Notes: generated from the sequence alone by a model not told the origin. A stretch of 64,000 nucleotides of DNA from Phoronis australis (GCA_002633005.1 NMRA01000267.1:150957-214956); one strand, 5' to 3'. Shown: positions 1 through 15,000, counted from the first letter of the stretch. Numbers and translations are program-made.

Positions 1-181
1 GAAGGCTGAGCCAGTCCAGTAAAAGCATTTCTATTACACTGGACTTTTTAGGAATCATCTTTCTCGGGTGGGGAATCGCGAACTTGTTTTTAACTGGCGA
101 TTGTTTCTCAAGCGAAACAACATTAGCACATTGTAACTTGTCCGCGCTCAACTATGCTGAATACATAAGTAAGAATGGAAG

Positions 182-3100
182 ATGTTTAAGTGCTCAATAG
201 TGAAAGAACGATCCCATTCTGTGAACGACGACCGAGTTTCTGAAGTTTGCTACACAGATGGTAAACTAATCAAAGTCATAACTGTTACCACAGACAAGTG
301 CATTCCAAGACAGTTTTGTTAATTGTAGGTCCATGCATATGCGGTTATGCACTTTTAAGACATACTTCTCTTTTGTGGTACAACACAGAATGCTGAATCC
401 CAAGTGTGCTGAGTTTTGTAAAGAGTGCATTTTTATTTAGAGTCTGTCAACAGCACTGAATAGAGACCATTTCGAGTACGCCAGTTTGATAATTATCGGT
501 TTTGCTAGGAAATCTCAAAAGAAATTTCAATCGTCCGGCAGCCATGATGTTACTGACTGACCTTTCTAGCTTCATGTCGAATCACTAGAAGAGTTCCATG
601 GCGATATCCATGACTAACAAGATTGGAGGAAAGTGCAGTATCGATTTTCCGGCGAAGGGATTGCCAGCAACATTAATATATATATTCGGTTGGTTCGTAA
701 CTAACAGTTTCAAGCCATCGATTGAGCTGACGTGGTACAGATTTAGTCGCTGTTGCTTGGTTCAATCACCAGAACTTTTGCATGTCTCTTATTAAATCAA
801 AGCTAGTATAGTTACAAAACACTTTTACAAACCAACAGCGACCCGAACAGAATGTCATATGTCATACCGAAGTCCGCGTTCAGACCCAACTTCTGTTGAA
901 GGACATTTAAGCACTCACAATACGCATAAAAATTTTCGTGTGTGATAAAATGACAATTTCCTTCCGACTCACGACCTTATGATTGAAGTCAGGAAACAGG
1001 CTTACGAACTTAGACAACAGACTCAACAATATCCTTTCTGTGACAGCAGAGTGGTTTTTAACAACAGAACGAGTTAAATCAAACCAGTCTTGGAACGGTT
1101 GACTAATCCTGTCAAAACTGGTGACGTTTTATACTTTTGATTGGGGATGGAAAAGTTTTATGGCATGGTATGAAAAGGTTCGAGTCGACTGATTTTGAGT
1201 GGGTAATTGACTAACGTACGTTTTAGGTGGAAATTAGGAAATGCTCCATTAGTAAATGTCACAGAGATTAAAAATGTCAATATTTATCATGAACTTGAAT
1301 GCGGATCATAGCTACTCATTAACATTGGTGAAATGGTGACCGTTAATATTTCATCAACCCCGTTAAGCGCGGAGAATAGAACGAATTCATTATGTCACGA
1401 GAAGTCAGAAGAGACATAAAACCCATTGAACACAGCCACGTGGATAACTTTCTATATTCATTCCCTGTTGTTTTCAGCAACAACAAAATCAGATCTAGGT
1501 AAACTGGTTACTAGAACAGGCCAATAATTGAGCGTTACATGTTTGTCAGATTTACAGTTAGCCGCCGAGATTGGGAAGACACTGCTTGAGCGCAACAAGG
1601 AATTAGAAACTCAACTTCACCACGCACAGCGACACTTGACGGACAAGTCTGCAGAAATTGAGGTTTGTGGCTACCGATTCTACTGATACAGTGTAAAGGA
1701 CCACACGTGAAATGTTTCCTGGAAGACCCATACCCAAACGAAATAGTTAAATATATAGGAAGATACGTTAAACGCGTAACACGAGTTTTGGGCATGTACT
1801 CCAAAAACTAAGCGTTCACGCGCTTTTTTCGTTGACATGTCGATTAATTTGTGTGAGGTATTTTCAGTACAGATTCACGTGAAAAACTGCATAACCAATC
1901 ATATACCCACACTGATATTTAAATACTGATCCACTATGTACCGGGTACCTGCAAGTGTATAGTTCACCCATCACCCTTACAGTTCCTTAATCACCAACTC
2001 GAAACACTGCGAGATCTGAACGAGTCTCGCGTGAAAGTCTTCGACGAGGTGGAAAAGCATGCGACTGAAACAGAGAAGGTGAACAATCGCCTGGCAAAGG
2101 AACTAACGGCAGAAAAAGAAAAATGCGACAGGTAAGTTGTCTAAATGGCGTTTGGAAAGTTGTCCTTCACGCATGAGTGAACTGTCCCAGCTGAAAAATG
2201 CCCGTTGTTGTCATACGGTAAGAATTCCGAGTGGAGTTTTGAAATTGGCCGTGAAGATTGTCTCGTGTCTGAATAATAGTTAGAGTCTTGGGCTCGTGCA
2301 AATCCAATTTCGCCGAGCTCGTCCTAAACTCTTCTGGTGTGGGGACGGGTGGAAACGGACAGCGTTGACCAAAATCATGCATTGAATGCAACACCCAACG
2401 AACGGAGTCTTCTCAGATTGTACAACTTAGGTTTCCAACAGTTATTCAGTTCCCATTCTGTTTTAGTCGGTTGTGTCAATTTTAGTGAGAACTGCCTTGG
2501 TCTGCTACGGCCCGTGGACATGTTCAGTGAAAGTAAGAGTCGCAATCACAGCTTTTTCGCAGGTTACTGCTCAAGTTGTAAGCACTGCCGCCATCTTCTG
2601 TAACGTCTCGAACACAGTGTGTTGTAACAAAATACAAAACAAGTAAGCAACTGACTTAATGCAATGTCTGCGGCAGCCTACAAAATGTTGCGATTGGGAG
2701 CCCGTGAATATGCATCGCTTAGGAAAGTGTTGAAGGAATTTGTCCAACCTTTTTATTGCCAAACTTTTTATTGCCAAAGTCAATGTCAGATCATTTTTAT
2801 TTTTAGATTAACGCGGAATCTTGAAATACTCGAAGAAAGGGCAGCTGAACTTGAAAATTCTCTACAGGAAATGAAGAACACGGAACGGCAGCGCGCGCAA
2901 CGGGAATCTCGTGTAAGAACTTCCAGCGTCCCAAGCATCACCGACGCCCTGAAATACGACAACTTCTGGCCGGTTGATATTCACGAACTCACGGGTTACA
3001 AAAAGTTGCAAAAGAACCCATACGAGTCCGAGATTATTCGTCTCCAACAAACTGTTAAACACTTGAAAGCTCAAAAGGCCGTGGAAGACAGGAAACGAAC

Positions 3101-3782
3101 AGACCTGGAATCAGAAATGAGTTCTATTGTTGAGGAAAACAACGAACTCCAGTATAAACTGAGAGATTACGGCCAAATGAAGAAGAGGGTTCTTAGTCTG
3201 GAAATGGAAGTTGACGAGCTCCATAAAACTGCTCGTAACAAATTCAACACAGAGATTGAGAATTCGGAAGCAATAAACAAAACAAATGTTGATCCAACGG
3301 CGGAGATGATTGCCGAGCATGACGATCCTCAAACAAACAGTGCAGAACTGCTGAAACTCAAAAACGGCGGCAGCGCTTACGGCAGCAGAGAATCGCTCAA
3401 CAAAGCTGGATTACAATCGCATGATTCTCCGAACAGCCAGGCGGCTTTTCTGCCGGGCGAATCTCTGCTGAGCGAATTAAACGCGCAATACATGTTTCTT
3501 GTTCGAAAGTACGAAGCAATGTTGGAAGCGAAGCGAAACTCCACCGTTAGCACGGCAACCGATGCCGAGCCCAAACCCACCCTTGCTTCTACCGAGAGCC
3601 AAGCGAGCACAGTTACATCTCACCGGGAATGTCAAACATCGAGGAACTTCCAGCTGGAGTACAATCTGGAGAAGAAAACCAAGTCATTCGACTATGATAA
3701 AGACCCACCCGAGTACAGGAAGATATTTAAAGAAATATTCGAAACTCTGAGAAAAACTTCTGCCATCTGCGAAGAAAAATGA
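182..3782 (+). CDS. CDR2: Cerebellar degeneration-related protein 2-like (CDR2/CDR2L family coiled-coil protein), 4 coding exons, ~438 aa
   Basis: Exons with GT-AG boundaries and consistent phases: 182-260 (MFKCS...EVCYTD, least certain), 1550-1662 (DLQLAAEIGKTLLERNKELE, the CDR2 N-terminal motif), 1983-2131 (FLNHQLETLRDLNESRVKVFDEV), 2807-3782 (SLLSELNAQYMFLVRKYEAML...PPEYRKIFKEIFETL, the CDR2 C-terminal motif). AATAAA at 4101. Confidence 0.88.
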
Positions 3783-5449
3783 GGTCTTGTAGGAGTGCGG
3801 ACCTTTCTCTCATTCAAGAGTAAAACGTAGCCTTAACATTGTAATGCGACCATGTGCAATATCCCAGGCAGTTGTTCCTGACCTATCAATACTCTCGTCT
3901 CCATTACGCACGAATGCCTTAGCAAATGACACACCAGTCAAGAACAGCGTCCGAATGACCTCCAACCACAACTGAAGTGGAAATGGCATAAACCTATTTT
4001 GTGTATGTTCTGTTTTTCGTTTATATTTAGACGGTGTACTGAGTTGTCTTTCTTTTACTATATGTTTTAATGGTGCTTTATTTTAAAAACGAATTTATGT
4101 AATAAACCTACACAAACAAAAATAGACAAAACCTCATTTTTGTAATACTCTTGGTACAAAATTTAATAAGGATTTTAACATTAGTTGCTGGTGGTCACTA
4201 GAACAAAAGAACTTGGAACTTGTCCATACAGGGCATGTACAAACTAACTTGTTTGAAAATCCACAACAGAGTGCAGAAAAGTGGTTCCAACTCAACCACG
4301 GCAGTCGTAGTTGCTTTGCCAACAGGAAAATCACTGGCACTCATTTCAGCGAATGAGTGGAAGGCTATGTTGAGAACCCACAATTTGTACTGAAATTTTG
4401 CTGTTTCTTACCTGTGATCAATGCTAATAACTTCCAAGTTCATCACATCCAACAAAAATCCCCAGGGTTGAAATTTACACAAAACTATCCTTCAGCAAAA
4501 ATTGATGTTCAACAAAAACGCTATTCTCAAAAGTAATCTAACATTCCCTTAATATACAAATTGCTTAAAACTATAGCCATCGCTACAGAGCAAAGCCTGC
4601 ACTAGCGACATATAAAACAAACAGAATTAACACTCTTCAAAAATGATTTATTGAGTTTCTCACCTTATAAAGAAGTGTTTTCTTTGCTGGTGAAAATTTG
4701 AAACTTCATTTAAATCAGAAAAAGTGACATTACCCTTTTCTCAATGAGCTACCAACAAATAAATAAAGCGAGTCAGTTGTGCTATTGGTCGCATTCCTTA
4801 AGGATACCTTTGGGTACCAAGGTTACTCACCTCTCACCAACAGGACAATGATAAAACTAATGTTCCTGAACACCTGTAGTTCCATACACAACAATCCATA
4901 ATTAATGAGTACTCAATCACTTTTCTGACTAAAACCTTTGGGTTGCTTCATAAGACTTTTCACCAGTGAGATGCAATCATGGAGATATCTTGATTTAGGC
5001 AATGGAAATGATGAAAACTGTGTGCTTAATACCATCAAATAAACCATTTTCAATGACAATTCAACTAGTCACACAATCATTTGCAGCGGCGGCCATGTTC
5101 AAATAATGTCAGGGCGGCGCTCCGGAGAGCAAATCTCTAGCAAGAAAACATAGATCATATAAAATCATGTTTCTCAAGATTGGTTAGCTAGGCTGGAGTG
5201 TAAAATTATGGAACACAGCTGTAAATAAACACACTGTTTCTCTACATAAATCAAGTGTCTCAAAACCATACTTGCATTATTAAAAATCGTGAAGTTCAAC
5301 TGTTGTGTCTTTGAATACCAAGCACAAAACACTAAAAGTTGTCCTGAACATGGACTATGACAGGGGCTCTAATGCAGATGACTTACAAATGCAACACACA
5401 TGACAAAAACGACAACACAGTTTCCACTTCTCAACAAAGGCTTATAGTA

Positions 5450-5690
5450 CAGTAAAATCTCACCAATTTCGGACAAAAATAATTGCCAAAAATGACATTT
5501 TTCATTTTACAAGATCTCCAAACATTATTGTGAATGACCACATAGTTTCAAAACTTTGTAGCTGTAACACATAACTTGATGAAGGAAAAGCATTTACAAT
5601 AATTTGGTGCTGCATGTTTCATTGAAAAAAGATAAAACAAAATTTCATTATCCAGCCATTATTGTTTCCTAAATTGGTGAGATTTTACCC
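5450..5690. mobile_element. Tc1/mariner-like MITE
   Basis: Imperfect ~30-bp TIRs: TA|CAGTAAAATCTCACCAATTTCGGA ... TCCTAAATTGGTGAGATTTTAC. The right end is degenerate. Confidence 0.6.
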
Positions 5691-6006
5691 TTGAAGAAAA
5701 TTATTTGCAAATCAAAAATCTCTTCAAATCAGATGCTAACTCCCTGTGAACACCATTCAACTGTCCCTGTACAGGAAATTTGTTCCTTGCAGTGTACTTT
5801 CCGTCTTTAACAATTATGCCAGGCAACTGACACAGAGCAGGAAAGTAACATTCTTTAGGGCACACCTACAAGGCCGACCTTTTTTTGTGAGCACATCATC
5901 TGAACCACCAAGCTGAGTAGACACTTGGAATGTTCTAATCTCCTCTGCGACATACTTGCTTTGTCCTGATGGTTTTATTGCACTTATTACTGGAATGTGC
6001 CTTACA

Positions 6007-9000
6007 CTATGGCTCTGTTCCCTTGAGATACCACATGAGGCCTTTGGTGACACAGTAGTCCTACAAAGAAGCAAATCTCTATGTACTACATGATCAACCA
6101 AATTAGACCTGGACTAGACCTAACCCAAGTCTTCATTGAAAAATGGCTACACTAAAAATTTATTTTTGGATGAACGCACAAGTCGAAATTGCAAATATAG
6201 GATATTTGTTCTAGCTGAAAGGATTTTACAAAAAACAATAATGGACTCAGGAGATATCCCTCTATGCTCAACAGGTACTTATAGCACCATGTCTTTGATG
6301 GTTTAAACATAACTCGACAGGTACTTATAGCAAAATGTCTTTGATGGTTTAACCATAACGAGATATAACGTAAAAGTTTTTATTTAAAAAAGTTTCAGTA
6401 AAATTGGCGGGGGAGTTAGATTGCTACTAATGTAACTTTCTTGCACATGAAAACTTGACTTAAAAACATAGTAACGTGACAATAATAAAGACATAGTAGT
6501 AAGGATATTTTTAGAATCCTCGATCTTTCTCCTTTCAGAAAATATATACTTCTATGGTTGACAAAGCAAAGTTCTTTCGATATTTAACTTAGAGTTGAGG
6601 TCATTTATTAAGGTCCTTGATAACCTTAAGAGGAACTGGTGCAGAATACTGACTTAGGAATAAATTGCAGAGTAAAATAAGAATGAACACAGAACTTCAA
6701 GAAAATAAACACATTGAATTGTAACCGAGACCATGGATCCTTAATTCCATAATGCTTCACAAACGCAACACAGCGAAGGTAACTACCTTTTGCAATTTCT
6801 TGATTTCACTGTCTGTCAACGTTGTGTTGAACTCTTCTTCAATCCTCTTTTTAAAAGCAACACTCTTTATTCTGTGGTGTGTCGTGAACATTGATACCAA
6901 GAGGCCCCTGTATTGATCATATTTATCACCCAGTTTTGGCAAAACAAAGACAGGTTCGGCTGGAGCACTTGCTGGCCACTGAAATACAAGAAACATTCTG
7001 TCAGGTCTTTGCCCTTCACAACAAAGGAATGGGTTCAACTTACAACGAAAAAAGTTATTAGAGTTCAAAACTGACTGATTAACTTCCGCAAACATTATTT
7101 TGTGACAGAAAGATAACAACCACTTTGTGATGAACTAAGAGCTTTTTGAAAATTGGTTGGCTCAGGTAATGCTACTCACACCACACAAAACTCTATTGCG
7201 TACTGTACAGCTTCACACATGCTGTAAGATGGATTTTTCAAAGCATGTAATTGCATATATGATAATCATGAAAACAAGCCACGTACTTTTACTGTCTGAT
7301 AAACATGGACTATTTTCAATAGCATCTGGTGTAAAACCAACCTCATTTTGAAATTGTACGTCATGTCGCATATACAAAGCATGAAACTTACAAAAAGGTA
7401 CACACCACATTGAGAAACGCAATCTACCAAAACTATCAAAATACACAGAACTTTAAACTCAAGTGTGTTCTAAGCAGTTTCTCAAAAATTCACTTAAGGC
7501 TATGCAATACCCAAGAAAAAATTACAAATTTGGCCAACCTCAGAACATATCTCAAAAAATGGGTTATTGGATTCCTATGAAACTTTCAAATACTATGGGT
7601 TATGCAGTTCTCCAACACGGTGTTAGGAATTGTTTTTCAACTTTGTATGAGGAGCAACCAAAAATTGAACTTCTATGATTTCATAACAATAAAAATTAGA
7701 AAACTGTAACTGTGCTTTTTTGACATTTCATCTTGAACATTTATATCGAATGAAATTTGGTCATGCTATCAATACTGTTGCTTTACTATCAATGTACCTT
7801 CCGTTTTGCTAAATTTTACTACAAACACATGGTCATGTGACCCAATTTATGGCAGACTGATAGAGAGTAAAAAAATCAAATTTTACAGCCATTCTACTTT
7901 CAGAAAATATGTACTTTTACTGAGCTTTTTGATAGAGTACAGATCTACCAATAAGGTCCTACATATTAATCTTAAAAGTTCCTATATCACATTGACAGCA
8001 TTATGGCAGTTCTACTCTCTGCAATTATACGAGGTTCACAACCACAGCTTTCTTAAGTTCAAATTTCTGAGAAAAATTCCTCATCACATTCATTAAGAAC
8101 TGATCAGCAATTGACTCTCACAGCAAAAAGCAGAAATCTGTTTTCATGACCAATAAATACAAACCATTAATTCAGCACAATGCCTCTCCTACCTTGTCTC
8201 CAAGCTTTTGCCCCCCGGCCTCCATCACAGTCTGTTCTAGCAGCTTAGTAGAAACCCCACTGCCTAGCACATGCCCAGGGGGACACTCCATCAGCCGCAA
8301 GCTGAACAGTTTCTTCAGCTCACTCAGTGATAGCACCATTCGACTGCGCAGCTTGTCGCTCATAAACTTCATTAGCTCAAGTTTCAGCTCTGTTGAGGCT
8401 GGAGCCGATGTCTCTATACTGCCATTGGACAAACAGTCCGCAGTGGACGGAGATTCAGAAACATTATTCGCTGTAGTGTCAGAGCCATCACCACCTACGC
8501 TACTGCTGCCCCCAGCACTGCCACTATGAGATCGCGATCGTTTGCACACTTTTTGATCAGACTTCTTATGAATTTTTTCAGTGTCTGTGTCACTTATGTC
8601 TGATCGGTCACTCGACTTAGTCCTTGAGCGAGACGTGGTGCGCCTCCTCTTGGGCTTATCACATTGTTTCATTTCATGGTCATCGTCACCTGAATGGATA
8701 CACACATCACGTGAGTACAGTTTTCAAAAACTTAGCAGATGATTTCAGCTTAAAGTGGAATGCCAACACTTTTAATGTTACCTTTAATGAAAATACAGAT
8801 CCTTGTCGAGGCCAAAAACATTACGTACCATTCTCCTGGAGTGTAAATACCAAGAAATTTCCAGCATCAGGATCTAACCTAGAATCACGTTCGATTAAAC
8901 TTGTCAAGCAAGCCTTTTGTGTTGGTACACAATATATGGTTAAGCTGGTCAGAGCTTACAGTCACACGAAGGAATCAACAGGTGAAAGTTAAGTCTAAAT

Positions 9001-12000
9001 TCTCGTTAACCTACATTCGAAGTTTATTGGAGAGACTATTTCATACAAAACACACCTGCTTCACGACATTTGTTGAAAGCCGTTTGCAAATAGTATATTT
9101 AAATATCGGTTGGTGCCAGGTGCGCGGTTTGCAATGTAATTGCTGGACTACGTGAGCTTATCAGATGAAAGCAAACAATAAGAGAACTGTACTATGTGAA
9201 CAATGGTTTGCTACTGTCAAGTGGTAACAACACGGCTGTATCCAGACTGGCTGACCAGTCAGTTGGGATACTCATTTCACTGCCACGAGCTGTGTCAGTA
9301 ATGCGGTATTTTTTGGTTGTACTCTTTTGAACAAAGATAATCCATCCGAGACAGGCAAAATTGATGTGGGATTTATGTTTTTATTCATTGCTTGACAAAT
9401 CATGGCATTTCAAACCTTGCTTGCTACATTGTGGTGCAATCAAATTTATTGTATATTACGTCATATCTTACAACTAACTTTTTTTATTCTGGCCAGAGCT
9501 GCAGCTAGCAAGATAAGATAAACAAGTTAAAAAGGACAACCAAGCATACTAACTCACTTTACTTGGACGTTCGAATGGTGAACAGGGCGTAACTGAGAAG
9601 TCAAAATATGAGTCAGCCCTGCTGCAGGGCAGAGTCAGCCAGGCTTGTTGCAGGGCAGAGTCAGCCAGGGAATGTTTTAAAGTCTTTGGGTGGTTATACC
9701 TTAAGTTAATATTATCACAAATCAGGGAGTTTCCTGTCAACACGTACATTCAGTAATTTTGCTTAAATTGTCTATTATTAGAATACGTACATATTCCTGA
9801 TGTAAGATTGCGAGACAACTGTTGGTATTTCAGTTCCCACACCTTCTCTTGTCGCTCAACAACTTCGGGGTATCTGCAATAGCACAGCAATTAAAGACAT
9901 AGTCCCAAGGTTAAACAAACAATGGCACAGTCGAGGTATGATTCCAAGGTTAAACACTCATATGATTATGATTTGATAAGTTGTACAGCTGAAAGAAACC
10001 AGCTTAAGGTTGTGCATATAATTGAAAACCTGTCAATTATATGCACGACCTTAAACTGGTTACTTTGAACCTACTTATGTTTGAACATTGCAACATTTTA
10101 TGTACTTTGAATATTTGTTTATGAGTTGAAAAGGCCAACGCTTCTCTCTTAAACTACAAATCTTTCATTAACTGGGAGTCTTAGTAATCTACAATTTTAG
10201 AGTCCAAACTGGAGAAAGTCTCATTGACAGGGGCCATCCTTTCTAGGACATCCTTGCTAGGGCATCCTTGCTAGGGCATCCTTGCTAAGGCATCCATTTG
10301 GATGCCCAGGACATAGGCTGCACGAAGGCCCATCTGTATCAATTATTGTGGTCAGCTGTAGTGAATTATAGTAACAGAACAGTTCCATTACAGTTCTTCA
10401 TTAACACTAAGTTGATTAAAAACACAACTGCATTTTAGGCTGGATAGCTTCACAGATACTGTAGACAGAATACAAGCCCGTGTCTGTGAAGTTGTCCAGC
10501 AGACAATCAGGGCTTGGAATGACCCATGACAAAAAGAGGAAATTTTTACGACCCTAAATACACATGTCAATCTAAACCATACCTCAACAGATCGAAAGTA
10601 AACATTTGTATCACAAGATGCCGTTACTATGTCGTGTTGGCAAAACGCACTCTTAAGCAGTACCTGACATCTATTTCAGCAACAACAATGAAGGCAATTA
10701 GATGCAACAAAAGATATTTTTGAAATTAAAATAAAGATGATGAAAATTTTGCAGTGTGAGTAGCAGGAGCTTATTCTTGATTTGCTGCAGGGAGACGTAT
10801 AGAATTATTTTCAATTCTTATAATTACGATCATGCAAAATTACAAAAAAAATTGAAAATCGATCCATAGATTATCTAGAAAGCCTGAAATACATACAATT
10901 CCAACAAACAATTTAATTCCAACCCAAATGGAAAAAAGTCAAGATGAAAACCTGTGGCTCATACCCCAACAGTTAGCATGGAAAAATGAAAGTCAAAAAT
11001 AATATACTTTAAAGGCAAAGGCAACCTTTTCATGTCTTTTTAGCAAAAATAAGGTTCACTGGTTATCCCAGACATATTTTCCCCTTAATTACAGCTTTTC
11101 GTAATTTGATTAATTATTCGTTCTCTACTCCGGAAGTGACGTTTTGGGAGGCAAGAATTTCCCACCTATTTCTTTTCGTACAGTCTGACTGTGAGAGCTG
11201 CCCAGTCGGTCATTGTTCTATCTCGCAGTTTTGATCAGTTCGGTCATCGTGTGCTGATGTTGCGTACTGGGATGTACTCATTATCGTCCCACGGACAGAG
11301 GAACAACTGCCCCACTTGCCCGAGTGTCCCGCGACACACTCCCACTGAGAGTGACTAGAGCACACAAACTGCTTACACCACCCCGTGTGACACCCTCGCC
11401 ACACACCTGGCACCTTCTAAATAGCTCCAATACTTTAGACAAGTCCACAATAAACTTATCAAAGTTTGGCTCACCGATCTGTTCATTGAACGACGAACTG
11501 TCCTCTTCACTGGGTGTTGAGTGGGGCCTGTATTCACTCCCACTACTCAATATCGTAGCAGGGCTGCTTACAGGCTTTGGGCCATAATGAGTACATCCCG
11601 GTAGGCAGCAACAGTGTGGCATGTTGACTGACTCGTAAACAAAAGCAAAGCATGACTGAACTTATGACAACCGAGGTAGATCTATGACTGACTCATCAAT
11701 GCTCATATAGTCAGACTACGGGAAAAGAAATTGGCGCGAAATCCTTGCCTCCTAAAATGTCACTTCCGGAGTAGAAAACGAATGATTAATCAAAATACCA
11801 AAAGCTGTAATTAAGTGGAAAATATGTCTGGGATAATCAACGAACCTTATTTTTGCTAAAAATGACATGAAAATAGGTTGCCTTCACCTTTAAACTATAG
11901 AATGCATCAAGCACAATCCTAAGTTGGCCAAACTTTTCAGTTTCAAACAGGAATTACAGGAGTTAATTGTTCATAAGCTACGCTGGTGTAGAAGAAACTA

Positions 12001-15000
12001 TGTAGAAATAACTACTAAAAATGGGCTGGCAGAATTTGTAAACAATGGCTTAAACCAATCAGATCATTCAGAATCTGTCACGTGATCACTTCTCTCGAAC
12101 TGCAAAACTTGAGTCAAAAAATTGAACATGAAAAATATCAAAATAAATTGAAATACATAAAAGGCAATTTAAAACACATTTGCAGTAACGAAAATAGCAC
12201 TTTGTATCCCGTTTCGGTGGCACGTAGAAAATCGCACTCAAATGGTCAGGTCTAGTACTAGCAGCCAACGGCAACGGGCGTGCATGTGGGATCAAACAAA
12301 AGAATTTCATACATCACTCACATCCCACGATTCCAATCCAATGAATAACCAGTTACAGTTGAATTTCCTTTCAGGAAGCGTTGTTATTTGTAGTGTTTCA
12401 TCGTTTTCAGTCGGTCCTCCAACTCCAACTTAGTCCAAGGCGACTCCGTAATTGTTCCTCTCTCAAAATTTACAGAACACAAGCCTTGGTTTGTGAAGAC
12501 ATTGACCGTTTCTTTTACCCACTTTTTCCATGAAATATTCAGTCTACTCCACACTCCACGCATTTTTGACCAAAGAATCGCACTATATGTCACCGCGATT
12601 TTATACCAAATGCCGACGTCATTGATGAACCACGCTATCCCAGGCACAGGCACTTGAATTTATCTGTTCCTAGAATGCCACTGACATCACTCACTACTAA
12701 GAAAACATGCCTCTTATATATGGTAACGAGTCATTGGCAAATTCAAGCGCCTGTGATCCGCAATTACAATTTTCGTTCCTCCGAAACATAAAGAGCAGTT
12801 TCCGCTTTTCGAGTCGTCAGCAACGCTGCGGTGAGAAACCAATTTACCACGATAATTTTATGGCAAATTCGATTTTTTCCGCGGAAATATAACAAAAATA
12901 CGCGGATCGAATAAAAAAAGCAGAAATCCGCGTTTCCGCGGACAATTCCAAGCCTTGAGAAAATAGACGTTATACAAGCCTACAGAGAACATCCGTGAAT
13001 GGCTTCTCAAAATCAACAGATATGTCTTCTAACGCATACCACAAACCCACACATATCAGGAAACCACAGGAAATGTTTCCCCAATCCATACCTATCAGTA
13101 AAGGCCTTGTCAAAGTCAAACACAAACTCCCAGCCCTGTTTCACACGTAGCCGGGACATCTGCTCCAGGATAGCTTTGACATCATCTGCAGGTAACTGAA
13201 ATAATGATAAAAGTTTGCAAAACAACAGAAGGAACTGGATCTTCATTTTCAATAATTTATTCTAAAGGCAGCAGATTTTACTTCTAATTATGAATTATGT
13301 TTAGAGCATAAAAACGATGCAAAGACACAGCACCCATATCTTTTTACATTTTCTTTTCAAATTTTTAACAGCATAGACTGGCATAATACTGATGTCACAA
13401 AACACATAGAAAGACATGGTTCACAATGTGTTGACCCGAAAAGATGACAGATATACTTCTCTATAGGATTATCCACATTTTAGCTCCAGTTTTCCAATAT
13501 AAACAACTGACTTAACATTCTTGCCCATTAATTGTTAATTAAGACCCATGAAGAGAAACCCCACAGTTTTAGGTAGACGTAAATGAATATTGTGAAAATC
13601 AATGGTTTTTAAGTATATTAGACACAGAAAACCATTTGATCAAAATCACATTTACTTTTGCACCGATGCTTGGCCCAGAAAATCAAAAGAAGATCTGTTT
13701 GGGTTCAAATTCAGTGCGTTCAACGTAGCAATGTCAACATAGCCAAAATCATAAAGTTCTCAATCTTGGCAATTGTTTAATGCCACAAACTTCTGTAGCA
13801 GACAATTACCACAAAAAGGTGAAGGCTACTTCCGTCAAGAGTTCAAGGTTCTTGACTGAAGCACATTATCTTGACCCAACAGTTATGCTAAAAAAATATT
13901 GCTGTGAAAACAATCTGGCTCCTTTCCTAAACACAAGTTGGAGTTACCTGCTTCCAAGTATTTTGTGCCTTCACTAGAACTTTTCAGAACCTACACTATG
14001 CACTGCCATGACTTAAGTAGTTCACTGGCACTTTTTCTTACTTTAACTACTGAAGTTATGTCTTTTCTCACAACAAATCTGCTTTGCCTGAACTTCCACA
14101 TCTGAAAAACAAAAATTCCCATAAGGAGCACACCTCAGACAGTTCCCGCTGGTTACCAGGATGCACAGACATTTCCTGTCATCACGTGGACGCCATATTC
14201 ATAACCGAGAATGAAGAGGATTTAACAGGAAAGATAGTAAAGTGGCTAAGCCATTCCATAATTAGAACTTATAGTCCTTACCAGTAATTTTTGCTGTTCA
14301 CAGAATTAGTCGTCATGACTGGGAAACAGTAATTTTGTTTGATTAATATTGTCCTGCACTGTATACATAAAAACCACAGTTATGTACTAAGATTGAACAT
14401 AATGCGAAAAATTGTTTAGCTGCACAAATTGTTAAATCCTTAATAACAAGAGAAATATAAAGAAAAACACNCTAAAAATAGGCAGAATTTGTAAACAATG
14501 GCTTAGACCAATCAGATCATTCAGAATCTGTCATGTGATCACTTCTATCGAACTGCAAAATTTGAGTCACAAAATTGAGCACGAAAAAGGTCAAAATAAA
14601 TTGAAATACATAAAAGGCAATTTAAAACACATTTGCAATAACGAAAATAGCACTTTGTATCCCATTTCGGCGGCACGTAGAAAATCGCACTCAGGCGGTC
14701 AGGCCTAGCACTAGAAGCCAACGGCAACGGGCGTCCATGTGGGATCAAACAAAAGAATTTCATACATCACTCACATCCCACGACTCCAATCCACAAATAA
14801 CCGGTTACGGTTGTATTTCCTTTCAGGAAGCGTTGTTATTTGTAGTGTTTCATCGTTTTGAGTCGGTCCTCCAACTCCAACATAGTCCAAGGCGACTCGG
14901 CCACGCACTCCGTAATTGTTCCTCTCTCAAAGTTTACAGAGGACAAACCTTGGTTTGTGAAGACATTGACCGTTTTTTTTACCCACTTTTTCCATGAAAT

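Noticed and set aside
2664-2806. N-terminal part of the 372-aa ORF
   Set aside because: It is intronic read-through upstream of the acceptor at 2806. The real N-terminus comes from upstream exons.
5701-5826. Open frame after an AG that could be the POLR3E last exon
   Set aside because: 6060-6007 matches the conserved MWYLKGT C-terminus, so this region is 3' UTR.
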